NCBI GenBank assembly: GCA_963662715.1
Contig: OY759724.1
Location: forward strand, 2,714,662 to 2,778,661
From: Candidatus Omnitrophota bacterium
Lineage (GTDB): Bacteria; Omnitrophota; Gorgyraeia; Zapsychrales; JANLHA01
Length of the DNA stretch: 64,000 nucleotides
Direction: 5' to 3'
The notes below the pieces were generated by a model that saw only the letters and a program-made list of their open reading frames with translations, was not told where the DNA came from and made no database searches. Position 1 is the first letter of the stretch. Every line of letters starts with the position of its first letter. A program made the translations under genes and the position numbers. Of the stretch, positions 26,613-37,781 are shown piece by piece.

Positions 26613-28898
26613 ATGACCGCAGAAAAAAAAGAATTCTTCTCCCGTGTCCCGGAACTCGATATGTCTGAAGGCACGGAGATGCTTACGGATTTTTCCCGGG
26701 AAGCGCAGCGCCATCTTATTGCCGCCCGTAATGCCCTGCTTATCCTGGAAACTGTCCCCTCTGATAAAGAGGCCATCGAGGATATTTTTAAAACTTTCCA
26801 TACCATTAAAGGTCTGGCTGATTTCCTGGAACTGCATGACATCTTTTCGCTCACCTCTTCCTCCGAAACATTGTGCGATAAATTCCGGAAAAATTTGCTG
26901 CAAGTCGATAATGACATGATTCATCTCATTACGCAATCTATTGAAGCTTTGCAGAAGTTGCTGGAGCTGCTGGATGACCAGATCGCCAATGGGGGAGTTC
27001 TTAAAGGAGAATATTTAGATGTCAAGGACATTATTCTTGCGATAGAAGAAACCGTCAGCAGGAGTTCGGCGGTTGCCCGGCCCGTTAAACAGCTTGTAAA
27101 AAACATCCCCAAAATCAACTTTGAGCCGGACATGACGACATGTTCGCAATTGAAAAAACAGCTGGACCAAGGGGGAGACGGCGTCCCCTGTGATTCCGAA
27201 ACGCTCGCGAAGCTCCTGCAGGATTTCGAAGAGACAAGCCGGGAGTTGAAAGTCGCTCAAAGCAAATTGCATGAACGGCAGAGGGAATTGATAAAAGAAA
27301 GAGAGTTGGCCATCAAGCTGACTCAGCAGGCCCAGGAAGAAGCCAGGACGAAAAGTGAGTATCTTGCCAACATGTCGCATGAAATCAGAACGTTGATCAA
27401 TGCGATTTTAGGTTTTACGGATCTTCTGAAGGAGAGCGGACTTAATGCCAAGCAGATGGAGCATTTGAACACCATTATTGTCAGCGGCAGGATGCTCCTC
27501 GAGATTGTTAATGATATCCTGGATTTTTCAAAGGTGGAGTCAGGCAAACTCAAGCTCGAAAAAATCGCGTTTGATCTTGATTACGTCGTTGAGGAAGTTT
27601 TTAAGATTATCCGCACCCGGATGGTGGGGAAATCCATTAATTTGTATTTTAATATTGAGGAAGATGTCCCCCGGGGGGTGTTGGGAGACCCCACCCGCCT
27701 GAAGCAGATTTTTATTAATCTTATTGATAATGCCATAAAATTTACCGATCACGGAGAAATAGGCCTGAATGTCAGTTTGATTGAGCAGGAAACGGGATTC
27801 AATGCCAATCCCTCTATTAAATTTGTCGTCAGGGATACCGGCGTGGGAATCCCTGACGATCGGCAGAGTGCTGTGTTCGATACCTTTACCCAGGCGAATG
27901 ATTCCACCACCCGTATCTATGGCGGGTCGGGCCTAGGACTGGCCCTTTGTAAAACATTTGTTGAGACGATGGGTGGAAACATCTGGCTGGAATCAAAGCT
28001 GGGGGAGGGAAGCCGGTTCAGTTTCATCATTACTTTTCAAGAAAGCCAGGAACCTGCGCCGCAAAAGAACCTTGATGTCCTGAAAGACAATGCCGGGGCC
28101 GAAGTGCTGATTGTGGATATGCACGAAACCTCGATACGCCAATTTATCCCGCAATCCGAAAAGGCCAAGCTGGACGTTATCGCCGTGTGCCATTCCGCCA
28201 AACAGGCTACGGAGCTGCTTTTAGTCAGAGAAAAAGAAAACCAAAGCCTGCCGGCGGTTATCTTTGTTGATTTGCTGCTTCCGGATAAGCAGGGTTTTAT
28301 GCTGGCGTACAAGCTTAAACAACAGGAGCATTACAAGAATATTAAGGTCGTCGGGGTTTCATCGGATGTGAAAGTCGAAACGTCGGAAGAATTCCATCAG
28401 GCGGGTTTTGACGCTTTCCTGCCTAAACCCCTCATCCCCGAAGAATTTTTTGACCTTCTGCAAAGGGTCCTGGGAGAGAAGACCGACCATGTCCGAGTCC
28501 TGTCCGATGAGATGATTCAGAAAATATCCTGTTCCGGGGTCAGGGTGCTGGTCGCGGAAGACAGTATCCCGAACATGGAACTTTTAAAAATACATTTTGA
28601 AACATTGGAATGCACGTGTGATTATGCCTCGAATGGACAGGAAGCCATTGACTTCTTGCGGCAGAATGATTATGACGTCTGTTTCATGGATTTGCAGATG
28701 CCTGTGATGGGGGGGATCGAAGCCGCACGGGTTATCCGTAATGAACTGAAAAAGGGGCTGCCAATTATTGCTTTGACTGCGGCAGAACTCGAGGACGAAA
28801 AGGAACGCTGCCTTCAGGCGGGGATGACGGATTATCTGCCTAAGCCGTTTGGGGTGGATGAGCTGAAGGAAAAAATTATCCGTAATACAAAAATGTAA
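26613..28898 (+). CDS. Cytoplasmic hybrid sensor histidine kinase: N-terminal CheA-P1-like HPt, HisKA, HATPase_c, degenerate receiver, intact receiver
   Basis: FHTIKGLADFLE (HPt His); MSHEIRTLINAILGF (H-box); GGSGLGLALCKTFVETMGG (G2 box); C-terminal REC with CFMDLQMP...LPKPF; no TM segments. Confidence 0.85.
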   Translation: MTAEKKEFFSRVPELDMSEGTEMLTDFSREAQRHLIAARNALLILETVPSDKEAIEDIFKTFHTIKGLADFLELHDIFSLTSSSETLCDKFRKNLLQVDNDMIHLITQSIEALQKLLELLDDQIANGGVLKGEYLDVKDIILAIEETVSRSSAVARPVKQLVKNIPKINFEPDMTTCSQLKKQLDQGGDGVPCDSETLAKLLQDFEETSRELKVAQSKLHERQRELIKERELAIKLTQQAQEEARTKSEYLANMSHEIRTLINAILGFTDLLKESGLNAKQMEHLNTIIVSGRMLLEIVNDILDFSKVESGKLKLEKIAFDLDYVVEEVFKIIRTRMVGKSINLYFNIEEDVPRGVLGDPTRLKQIFINLIDNAIKFTDHGEIGLNVSLIEQETGFNANPSIKFVVRDTGVGIPDDRQSAVFDTFTQANDSTTRIYGGSGLGLALCKTFVETMGGNIWLESKLGEGSRFSFIITFQESQEPAPQKNLDVLKDNAGAEVLIVDMHETSIRQFIPQSEKAKLDVIAVCHSAKQATELLLVREKENQSLPAVIFVDLLLPDKQGFMLAYKLKQQEHYKNIKVVGVSSDVKVETSEEFHQAGFDAFLPKPLIPEEFFDLLQRVLGEKTDHVRVLSDEMIQKISCSGVRVLVAEDSIPNMELLKIHFETLECTCDYASNGQEAIDFLRQNDYDVCFMDLQMPVMGGIEAARVIRNELKKGLPIIALTAAELEDEKERCLQAGMTDYLPKPFGVDELKEKIIRNTKM

Positions 28899-28930
28899 CA
28901 ACCTTATTTTTAAAATAAAGGAATAGGCGT

Positions 28931-29341
28931 GTGGAAGAATTAAATCATGGTAAAATACTCGTCGTTGACGATTCAGACCTTGAGCGGGAGCTCCTCATTG
29001 AAGTTTTAAAAGGCGCGGGAGTGCAGAATGCTTTTCTGCAGGCCAAGACCGGAGAAGAGGCCATTGAGATATTAGGGACACATTTTAAGGAGGTCGGTCT
29101 TATTCTTCTTGACTGGCAGATGCCAAAAATGTCGGGGATGGAATTTATGGAAGCGGTTGTGAAGGTGCCGCAGGTCGCCAGTAAAGCTATTATCATGGTT
29201 ACTGCTTCCGGGACGGATGAAAACAAGAAGAAGGCCTGGGCCGTCAATCCTAATCTTGTGGGGTACGTTGTCAAGCCGTATACGCCGGAATCTTTACTGG
29301 ATGTCATTTATCCATTTGTTCAACTCAAGTCTTCGGATTAA
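28931..29341 (+). CDS. Single-domain response regulator (CheY-like), GTG start
   Basis: KILVVDDSDLE...ILLDWQMPKMSGMEF...VVKPY. Confidence 0.75.
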   Translation: MEELNHGKILVVDDSDLERELLIEVLKGAGVQNAFLQAKTGEEAIEILGTHFKEVGLILLDWQMPKMSGMEFMEAVVKVPQVASKAIIMVTASGTDENKKKAWAVNPNLVGYVVKPYTPESLLDVIYPFVQLKSSD

Positions 29342-29359
29342 AGTCGTGGGATTAAAGGG

Positions 29360-29947
29360 ATGTTTTTTTTAGGTAAAAAAAATAAAGAACTGGACAAATT
29401 CGCTGATTTGCTGGAGCAGGGAACGGTCGCGCTGTTCAAGGAGCGGGGCGATTTGCGCTTCTCCTCCGATCCCGTCAAGAGTAAACGGAGGATCATTGAA
29501 TTTGAAGGGAAAATGCGGGCTGACGGCATGGAAAAGTTCGATAATGAGCCGACATATGTTTCTGCGGTTAATTTTTATGCCAGTGAGAGGGATATGGAAA
29601 AGAAGAAAACCCTGGGAGCCCTGGTTGTCTATGTGGAGCAGTCTTACATCGCAAAAATGATGAAACTCCTCAAATACCCTCCTATTGATGATGAAAGTGA
29701 CGCCGCTATGCAGGATTCCTGCGGGACTTTATGCAATATCATCTCAGGCCGTTTCAAATCAGAAATCTCCTCTGCGGGCTATATTGAGCTTGAAATGTCC
29801 CATTTCATGAATTACCGCAACTCCGCCTTTGCGGGCGTCGATTTCTGTTTCAATGAGTTTGACATGTGTGAGATTTCTTTTAACCTGGATAATGTGAAAC
29901 GGCTTGTTATTGACATGACTATGGGCGCCGTTCCGAAGTTGAGATGA
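29360..29947 (+). CDS. Hypothetical protein, possibly CheX/CheC-like phosphatase fold
   Basis: Embedded in the phosphorelay cluster; DSCGTLCNIISGRF loosely resembles the CheC/CheX ExxN segment; weak. Confidence 0.35.
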   Translation: MFFLGKKNKELDKFADLLEQGTVALFKERGDLRFSSDPVKSKRRIIEFEGKMRADGMEKFDNEPTYVSAVNFYASERDMEKKKTLGALVVYVEQSYIAKMMKLLKYPPIDDESDAAMQDSCGTLCNIISGRFKSEISSAGYIELEMSHFMNYRNSAFAGVDFCFNEFDMCEISFNLDNVKRLVIDMTMGAVPKLR

Positions 29948-29960
29948 CAAGGAGTATGCC

Positions 29961-30302
29961 ATGCCCCTCATCGTTGATTTAGACAAGAATTGTGCACAGT
30001 TAAAAATCGGTAAAGACATATATCTTAAAATTTTAAACAAGGCCATCACTCAGTCGACAGGGGATATGGAAGAGCTCAAGCGCGCTGTGCAGGAAACAGA
30101 CCTGGATACGGTGCAGACGCTGTCCCATCGGCTGAAGGGAGATTATGATAATATGCGCATTACGGAAATTGCCGCCGTAGCGCGTACGATGAATAATTTG
30201 GTTAAGACCGGGAATGTTGATCAGGAGGAATTATCCCGTCTTTTTGCAGAATTATCCGAGATATTTCAGGAACTCAAATTTTTTGCTGATAACTTGGCCT
30301 AA
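29961..30302 (+). CDS. Stand-alone HPt phosphotransfer protein
   Basis: LSHRLKGDYDNMRITEIA (HxxKG motif); ~113 aa, all-helical composition. Confidence 0.65.
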   Translation: MPLIVDLDKNCAQLKIGKDIYLKILNKAITQSTGDMEELKRAVQETDLDTVQTLSHRLKGDYDNMRITEIAAVARTMNNLVKTGNVDQEELSRLFAELSEIFQELKFFADNLA

Positions 30303-30328
30303 AAAGACTATGGGGGATTTTAAATATT

Positions 30329-30673
30329 ATGGATGAACCTTTTCAGCTGGATATTGAGCAAATTAGTGCGGATTTAAAAATAAGATCGGATATTTATCTG
30401 CGTATTGTGAAAAGCTTTTCCGGGACCCTTAAGGACAAAATAAGTGCTTTGGAAGAAGCTTTGCAGTGTTTTGATAAAGAAACCATGCGGAAAATACTGC
30501 ATGAGATTAAAGGAACGGCGAGTAATTTAAGATTGACAACGATTAATGAGGCTGAAAATTTAATGCATGTGGAAGTGAAAGGGACGGCAGATAAGGAGAA
30601 ATTGAAAGAATACCTGGATATGCTTAAAAAAGAAACAGATAAATTTTCACAATTTATTAATCAAATTCATTAA
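30329..30673 (+). CDS. Stand-alone HPt phosphotransfer protein (paralog)
   Basis: ILHEIKGTASNLRLTTINE; similar N-terminal SADLKIRSDIYLRIVKSF to the upstream HPt. Confidence 0.65.
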   Translation: MDEPFQLDIEQISADLKIRSDIYLRIVKSFSGTLKDKISALEEALQCFDKETMRKILHEIKGTASNLRLTTINEAENLMHVEVKGTADKEKLKEYLDMLKKETDKFSQFINQIH

Positions 30674-30706
30674 TACCTGATATAATAGGGCATAATTTAG
30701 GAGAAA

Positions 30707-31111
30707 ATGATGCATAAAATACTTGTTGTGGATGATAATTTTGAGAATCGGCAACTGCTGGCAGAGATTTTAAGAGAGGTCGCGGAATGTGATTTTGCTG
30801 CCAGCGGAAAAGAGGCTATCGACGCTTATAATTTATCTCTGCAAAGAAGTGACCAGTACAGCCTGATTTTGTTGGATATTGAACTTCCGGAGATTAACGG
30901 ATTGGAAATCCTTGGTAAGATCAGAGAAAGCGAGAAAAATGCCGGCATCGCCCTGGGTGACGGCATTCCTATTATTATCGTCACGGCTTATGAGAAGCGT
31001 TTCCTGGAAGCCTATGAGAAGGGATGCGATGACTACGTTCTTAAACCCATAGATGCTAACGTGTTATTAGCAAAACTGGCCTCTGTCTTAGAAAAATCTG
31101 ACCAAGATTAG
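30707..31111 (+). CDS. Single-domain response regulator
   Basis: KILVVDDNFENRQLL...ILLDIELPEINGLE...VLKPI. Confidence 0.8.
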   Translation: MMHKILVVDDNFENRQLLAEILREVAECDFAASGKEAIDAYNLSLQRSDQYSLILLDIELPEINGLEILGKIRESEKNAGIALGDGIPIIIVTAYEKRFLEAYEKGCDDYVLKPIDANVLLAKLASVLEKSDQD

Positions 31112-31225
31112 TCCCCTTTCCTGTTTAACCTGTTTAATGGGTTCCCATTTAAAGTTGAAAAGGCAAAGTGTTTGTAATATAATACTTTGCAATATTCAAG
31201 ATCTTATAAGAAAGAGGTGTCTACT

Positions 31226-32518
31226 ATGTCTGAAAAAGTTAAGTTAATTATTAAGGGCCATACGCATGAATTATCGGTTATCGAAGGGACCGAAGGGGAA
31301 AAAGGTTTTGATATTTCCAAACTCAGACAACAGACGGGATATATTGCTTTAGACAGTGGTTTCGCGAATACCGGGGCCTGTCAGAGCGCTATTACTTTTA
31401 TCGATGGTGAAAAAGGTATCCTCCGTTACCGGGGTATCCCTATCGAACAGCTGGCGGAAAAGGCCACCTTTGTGGAAACGGCGTATTTGTTAATCAACGG
31501 GCATCTGCCTACGAAAGAAGAATTAACGAGATATTCCAATGCTTTTACCCGTCATGCCAACCTGCACGAGGATATGAAGAAGTTTTTCAACGGGTATCCG
31601 GCGGCCGGTCATCCCATGGCCATGCTTTCGGCCATGGTTTGCGCCCTTTCGGTCTATTACCCGGAACTCATCAAGCCGGATCCCAAACCTGAGGATATTG
31701 ATTTGACGGCCATTGAACTTATGGCGAAGATCCGGACGATCGTGGCCTGCACGTATAAAAAATCCATCGGGGAGCCGTTTATGTACGCCCGCGAAGATTA
31801 TGAATATGTGGCGAATTTCCTTCATTTGATGTTTTCTACTCCAACGCATGAGTATGAATTCAATAAGAAGGTCGTAGACGCTTTACGTATCCTGCTTTTG
31901 CTTCATGCGGATCATGAACAGAATTGCAGCACCTCTACGGTCAGAATGGTGGGCAGTGCCTGGGCGAATTTGTTTGCTTCGGTATCGGCCGGGGTCTGTG
32001 CGTTATGGGGGCCGTTACACGGGGGAGCTAACCAGAAAGTCGTGGAAATGCTGGAAATGATCCTTGAAGACGGAGGAGATATCGACAAATATATTGAGAA
32101 AGCCAAGAATCCCAAAAGCCGTTTCCGTTTGATGGGGTTCGGTCATCGTGTTTATAAAAGTTATGACCCGCGGGCAAAGATCATTAAGAAGAAGACACAT
32201 GAAGTGCTTAAAACCCTGAAGGTGCACGATCCCCTGCTGGACCTTGCCGTGGAACTGGAAAGTAAAGCTTTGGCAGACGATTACTTCATTGAAAGGCGGC
32301 TGTATCCGAACGTGGATTTTTATTCCGGCCTTATTTATAAAGCCATCGGTATCCCGACTCAAATGTTCCCTGTCATGTTCGCGATCGGGCGCTTGCCGGG
32401 ATGGATCGCCCACTGGAAAGAGATGCGGGAAAATCCGCATACGCGTATTGCCCGGCCGAGACAAATTTATGTGGGGTCGGAAAAACGAGACTATATCCCG
32501 ATTGAGAAAAGAGGTTGA
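31226..32518 (+). CDS. gltA: Citrate synthase
   Basis: GFGHRVYKSYDPRA and LYPNVDFYSGLIY citrate synthase signatures; GAAAGAGGTG RBS before the ATG at 31226. Confidence 0.9.
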   Translation: MSEKVKLIIKGHTHELSVIEGTEGEKGFDISKLRQQTGYIALDSGFANTGACQSAITFIDGEKGILRYRGIPIEQLAEKATFVETAYLLINGHLPTKEELTRYSNAFTRHANLHEDMKKFFNGYPAAGHPMAMLSAMVCALSVYYPELIKPDPKPEDIDLTAIELMAKIRTIVACTYKKSIGEPFMYAREDYEYVANFLHLMFSTPTHEYEFNKKVVDALRILLLLHADHEQNCSTSTVRMVGSAWANLFASVSAGVCALWGPLHGGANQKVVEMLEMILEDGGDIDKYIEKAKNPKSRFRLMGFGHRVYKSYDPRAKIIKKKTHEVLKTLKVHDPLLDLAVELESKALADDYFIERRLYPNVDFYSGLIYKAIGIPTQMFPVMFAIGRLPGWIAHWKEMRENPHTRIARPRQIYVGSEKRDYIPIEKRG

Positions 32519-32553
32519 TCGTTTTCTAATTCTCAGCCTGGAAAGGAAATGAT

Positions 32554-34008
32554 ATGTTAGATTTTCGTCCTAAATTAATGCTGGATCAGCCTGCGCTTAT
32601 TATCTTAAGCGGGAAAAAGGCTTATGAGCAGAAAAACTGGCTGAATCAGTTCCCGGCCGAGTTAAGGCCGTCTTTGTCGGCTCTGCAACAAAGTCAAAAA
32701 TTCAAAGCGGAAAAAGGAGAAATATTCCCGCTTATTCTCAAGAACAAAGTTGTGCTTGCCGTGGGGCTCGGAGAACAGGGGCCGGGATATTTCACCGCAT
32801 TAAGGTCGGTCACCCGAAAGGCCCTTTTATCGGAATTTGTCAGAAATATTAAGGAAGTTGAACTCTACCCGGCGGTAAAACAGGATGCCGAAATCGCGGC
32901 TGTTATTGAGGGCGTTTTAATCGGCGGGTACAACTGGGATAAATACCGGACATTCAAAAAGAACGAATTTCCTGCTCATCAGCGGCAGGTTTTTTTGGTG
33001 GCTAAGGAGAAAAAGGCGTTCCTTGATGCCGTGATAACATGCCGGGGCGTTAACCTGACGCGGGATCTGGTGAATGATAATGCTGATACCATTCATGCCG
33101 AATCTTTTGAAGAGGCGGTTATTTCTGTTATTAAAGGGTGTAAGCAGGCGAGCCTGACCGTTCTGAACGAGGAAGATTTAAAGGAAAAAGGCCTGAATCT
33201 TCATCTTGCGGTTAATAAAGGAAGCCAGTATCCTCCCAAACTTATTATCGTGAAGTACCGGGGGGCTGCCAAGGAAGCCAAAACAACAGCTCTGGTGGGA
33301 AAGGGGATTACCTTTGATGTCGGAGGCCTTAATTTAAAACCCTCCGGCCATCTGGAAACCATGCGTTGTGATATGAGCGGCGCTGCGGCGGTCTTGGGAA
33401 CCCTGCACAATGTTATTCATCTCAGACTTAAAAAGAATCTTATTTTTGCTTTTGGCCTGGCTGAAAACGCCATCGGCCCTTTTTCCTATAAACCCGGAGA
33501 TATTGTTAAAAGCTACAGCGGCAAGACGGTTGAAGTGGCCAACACGGATGCCGAGGGCCGCCTGGTGCTGGCCGACGCTATTTCTTATCTTGTCAAAAAT
33601 TACAAACCCTCCCGGATCATTGATATCGCAACCCTGACCGGGGCCTGCGTCATCGCCCTCGGCCACGATTACAGCGGTTTGGTGTCGTCAAATAATCTTT
33701 TGGCCGAGAAGCTGCTTAAGGCCTCCGAGGTTACCGATGACCGGTTGTGGCGCCTGCCATCGTATCCGGAACTTAAGGATTCCGTGGAATCGCAGGTCGC
33801 GGATATCCGGAACCTGGGATTCCCGCGCGGCGCAGCCGGAACCATCACGGCCGCGGAGTTTTTGCGGCAGTTTACCGGCAACACGGCGTGGGCCCATATT
33901 GACATTGCCGGGACAGCCTTTCGGGAAGGGAAAGAAAGATTTTATTATTCCTCCGGCGCATCCGGTGCCGGGGTCCGGTTATTAACCGAATTTATCAAGA
34001 AGAATTAA
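32554..34008 (+). CDS. pepA: Leucyl aminopeptidase (M17 family)
   Basis: NTDAEGRLVLADAISY M17 signature; metal-binding GKGITFDVGG. Confidence 0.9.
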   Translation: MLDFRPKLMLDQPALIILSGKKAYEQKNWLNQFPAELRPSLSALQQSQKFKAEKGEIFPLILKNKVVLAVGLGEQGPGYFTALRSVTRKALLSEFVRNIKEVELYPAVKQDAEIAAVIEGVLIGGYNWDKYRTFKKNEFPAHQRQVFLVAKEKKAFLDAVITCRGVNLTRDLVNDNADTIHAESFEEAVISVIKGCKQASLTVLNEEDLKEKGLNLHLAVNKGSQYPPKLIIVKYRGAAKEAKTTALVGKGITFDVGGLNLKPSGHLETMRCDMSGAAAVLGTLHNVIHLRLKKNLIFAFGLAENAIGPFSYKPGDIVKSYSGKTVEVANTDAEGRLVLADAISYLVKNYKPSRIIDIATLTGACVIALGHDYSGLVSSNNLLAEKLLKASEVTDDRLWRLPSYPELKDSVESQVADIRNLGFPRGAAGTITAAEFLRQFTGNTAWAHIDIAGTAFREGKERFYYSSGASGAGVRLLTEFIKKN

Positions 34009-34009
34009 C

Positions 34010-35575
34010 GTGAATTCGAAAATAATCCGTTTTTTATCTATTATCCTGTTATTATTCTCCTTTTGCGCCGGGAGTCTTTTCCTGCAGGGAAAAGCTGCCG
34101 GGGCCAGGAACCAGGTCTTTTTCATTCAGCTGAATGACGATACGATTAATCCCATCACCGCTGAATTCATTTCCCACGCCATCGATCAGGCGGAAGAACA
34201 GCAAGGCCAGTGCTTGATTCTGCAGCTGGATACGCCCGGCGGCCTGCTGGCGTCCACCAGGCAGATCGTCAAGCGGATTTTAGCCGCGAATATTCCAATT
34301 GTTGTTTATATCGCCCCCAGCGGATCGAGGGCCGGTTCGGCCGGTGTCTTTATCACGTATGCCAGCCATATTGCGGTGATGGCCCCTTCCACCAATATCG
34401 GCGCCGCGCACCCTGTGCAAATGGGCGGAGGGGGACGGAAAGGGCGGGACAAGGAATTCTGGGAAGATTTAAAAGAGATGCTCGATAAGTCGGCGGAAGA
34501 GGAATCATCGGCAGATAAACCGGAAGCCGGCCAGGAAGGTAAGGAACAGGACAAAAAAGAAGAGGAAGAAACAGCAGCTTCGGAAGAGAAACCGGCCGCA
34601 ACAACGGAAGAGGCGGCGGAAGACGCACAAGGAAAAACGCAGGACACGGAAGAGGCCCTGGAGGCCGGGGACCTGACCCCGGACGAGAACCCGATGGACA
34701 CCAAAATCTTGCAGGATACGGTGGCGTTTATCCGGGCTTTGGCCAAACAAAGGGGCCGGAATGTTGATTGGGCCATTAAAAGTGTCACGAAGAGTTTTTC
34801 TGTCACGGAAACAGAAGCGCTTGACCTGGACGTGATTGATTTTATCGCCAGAGATGAAACCGAATTGCTGGAGAAGCTTGACGGGACCCCGGTGGACATC
34901 CGGGGGGGAACCGTCACTTTGAACACAAAAGACGCTTCCGTGGTCCGTCTGGAAATGAATGCGCGGGAGAAATTTTTTAATATCCTGGCCAACCCGAATA
35001 TCGCCTACTTTCTTTTAATCCTGGGATTTTACGGTTTGCTGTATGAAGTGACTCATCCGGGGTTCGGTGTGCCGGGGATTATGGGGACGATTTTCCTGAT
35101 CTTGGCTTTTTACAGCATGCAGACCTTGCCGACGAATTATACGGGGCTGGCGCTGCTTGTGTTCGGTTTGGCCCTTCTGGTGGCAGAAGCCTTTGTCCCG
35201 GGGTTCGGGGTGCTGACCGCAGGGGGAATTATCAGCATGTTCCTCGGTTCCATTTTACTGTTTGATTCCCCGGAACCGATCATGCGTGTTTCCTTGCCTA
35301 TCATTATTTCCATGCTGGCGACCACGGCTTTTTTGACCATTTTTATGGTGCATCTGGCGATCAAATCCTTCAGGAAGAAGGCTGTGACCGGGCAGGAGGG
35401 GATGCGGGGCGCGCAGGGAGTCGTTAAGAAAAAGATTTCCGGCGGGCAGGACGGCAAAGTCTTTGTGCACGGTGAACTCTGGAACGCTGTCTCGGACGAG
35501 CCCCTTGAACCGGGAGATAAAATTATTGTCGAAGACATTAGCGGTCTGACTCTCAAGGTGAAGAAAGCCGCATAA
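34010..35575 (+). CDS. NfeD-family membrane-bound serine protease (ClpP-class), long form with acidic insert and C-terminal OB-fold; GTG start
   Basis: IPIVVYIAPSGSRAGSAGVFITYASHIAVMAPSTNIGAAHPV; multiple TM helices; partner SPFH gene downstream. Confidence 0.8.
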   Translation: MNSKIIRFLSIILLLFSFCAGSLFLQGKAAGARNQVFFIQLNDDTINPITAEFISHAIDQAEEQQGQCLILQLDTPGGLLASTRQIVKRILAANIPIVVYIAPSGSRAGSAGVFITYASHIAVMAPSTNIGAAHPVQMGGGGRKGRDKEFWEDLKEMLDKSAEEESSADKPEAGQEGKEQDKKEEEETAASEEKPAATTEEAAEDAQGKTQDTEEALEAGDLTPDENPMDTKILQDTVAFIRALAKQRGRNVDWAIKSVTKSFSVTETEALDLDVIDFIARDETELLEKLDGTPVDIRGGTVTLNTKDASVVRLEMNAREKFFNILANPNIAYFLLILGFYGLLYEVTHPGFGVPGIMGTIFLILAFYSMQTLPTNYTGLALLVFGLALLVAEAFVPGFGVLTAGGIISMFLGSILLFDSPEPIMRVSLPIIISMLATTAFLTIFMVHLAIKSFRKKAVTGQEGMRGAQGVVKKKISGGQDGKVFVHGELWNAVSDEPLEPGDKIIVEDISGLTLKVKKAA

Positions 35576-35618
35576 TGCATCCGTGAAACATTATTTTCTC
35601 TCAAGAAAGGAGTGATCT

Positions 35619-36368
35619 ATGTTTTTTATCGGAGTTTTGCTTATTTTGTTTTGGTGGGCTTTTAACAGTTTTAAGATTGTCAGAGAATATGAGCGGATTG
35701 TCGTGTTCCGCTTAGGGAAAATCACCGAAGCTCCCAGGGGCCCGGGCCTGGTTTTTGTCTTTTTCCCCATAGAGACCGGCGTGACGGTGAGCTTGCGCTT
35801 GATCACCCTGGATGTCCCGCCCCAGGACATCATTACCAAGGACAATATTTCGGCCAAAGTGAATGCCGTGGCTTATTTCCGGGTCATGGACCCTATTAAG
35901 GCGATTGTGGAGGTGCAGAATTTCCAGTATGCCACGTCGCAGATGGCCCAGACGACACTGCGGAGCGTTCTTGGGGAAATGGAACTCGATGATCTTTTGG
36001 CCCAACGCGAAAAGATTAATGACAGCCTGCAGACACTGTTGGATAAACAGACCGATCCCTGGGGGATTAAAGTCACCAATGTGGAAGTCAAACATGTGGA
36101 TATTTCCGATGAATTAAGAAGGGCCATGGCCCGTCAGGCCGAAGCCGAAAGGGAGCGCCGGGCCAAAATCATTGCCGCGGAAGGGGAGTTCCAGGCTGCG
36201 GAAAAAATATGTCAGGCAGCCACTATGATGGAAAAAACGCCGATGGCCCTGCAGCTGCGCTATCTGCAGACCCTGGTCGAGATTGGCAGTGAAAATAACA
36301 CAACGACGCTTTTTCCTATCCCCATTGACCTTTTAAAGTCATTAACCCCGCAGAAACATGGCGAATAG
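35619..36368 (+). CDS. SPFH/band-7 (stomatin-like) protein
   Basis: VVFRLGKI...[10 protein letters not shown]...[18 protein letters not shown] band-7 core; N-terminal TM; C-terminal coiled coil. Confidence 0.85.
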   Translation: MFFIGVLLILFWWAFNSFKIVREYERIVVFRLGKITEAPRGPGLVFVFFPIETGVTVSLRLITLDVPPQDIITKDNISAKVNAVAYFRVMDPIKAIVEVQNFQYATSQMAQTTLRSVLGEMELDDLLAQREKINDSLQTLLDKQTDPWGIKVTNVEVKHVDISDELRRAMARQAEAERERRAKIIAAEGEFQAAEKICQAATMMEKTPMALQLRYLQTLVEIGSENNTTTLFPIPIDLLKSLTPQKHGE

Positions 36369-36383
36369 AAGGACGTTATTATT

Positions 36384-37772
<1,389 letters not shown>

Positions 37773-37781
37773 TCCCGTAAC

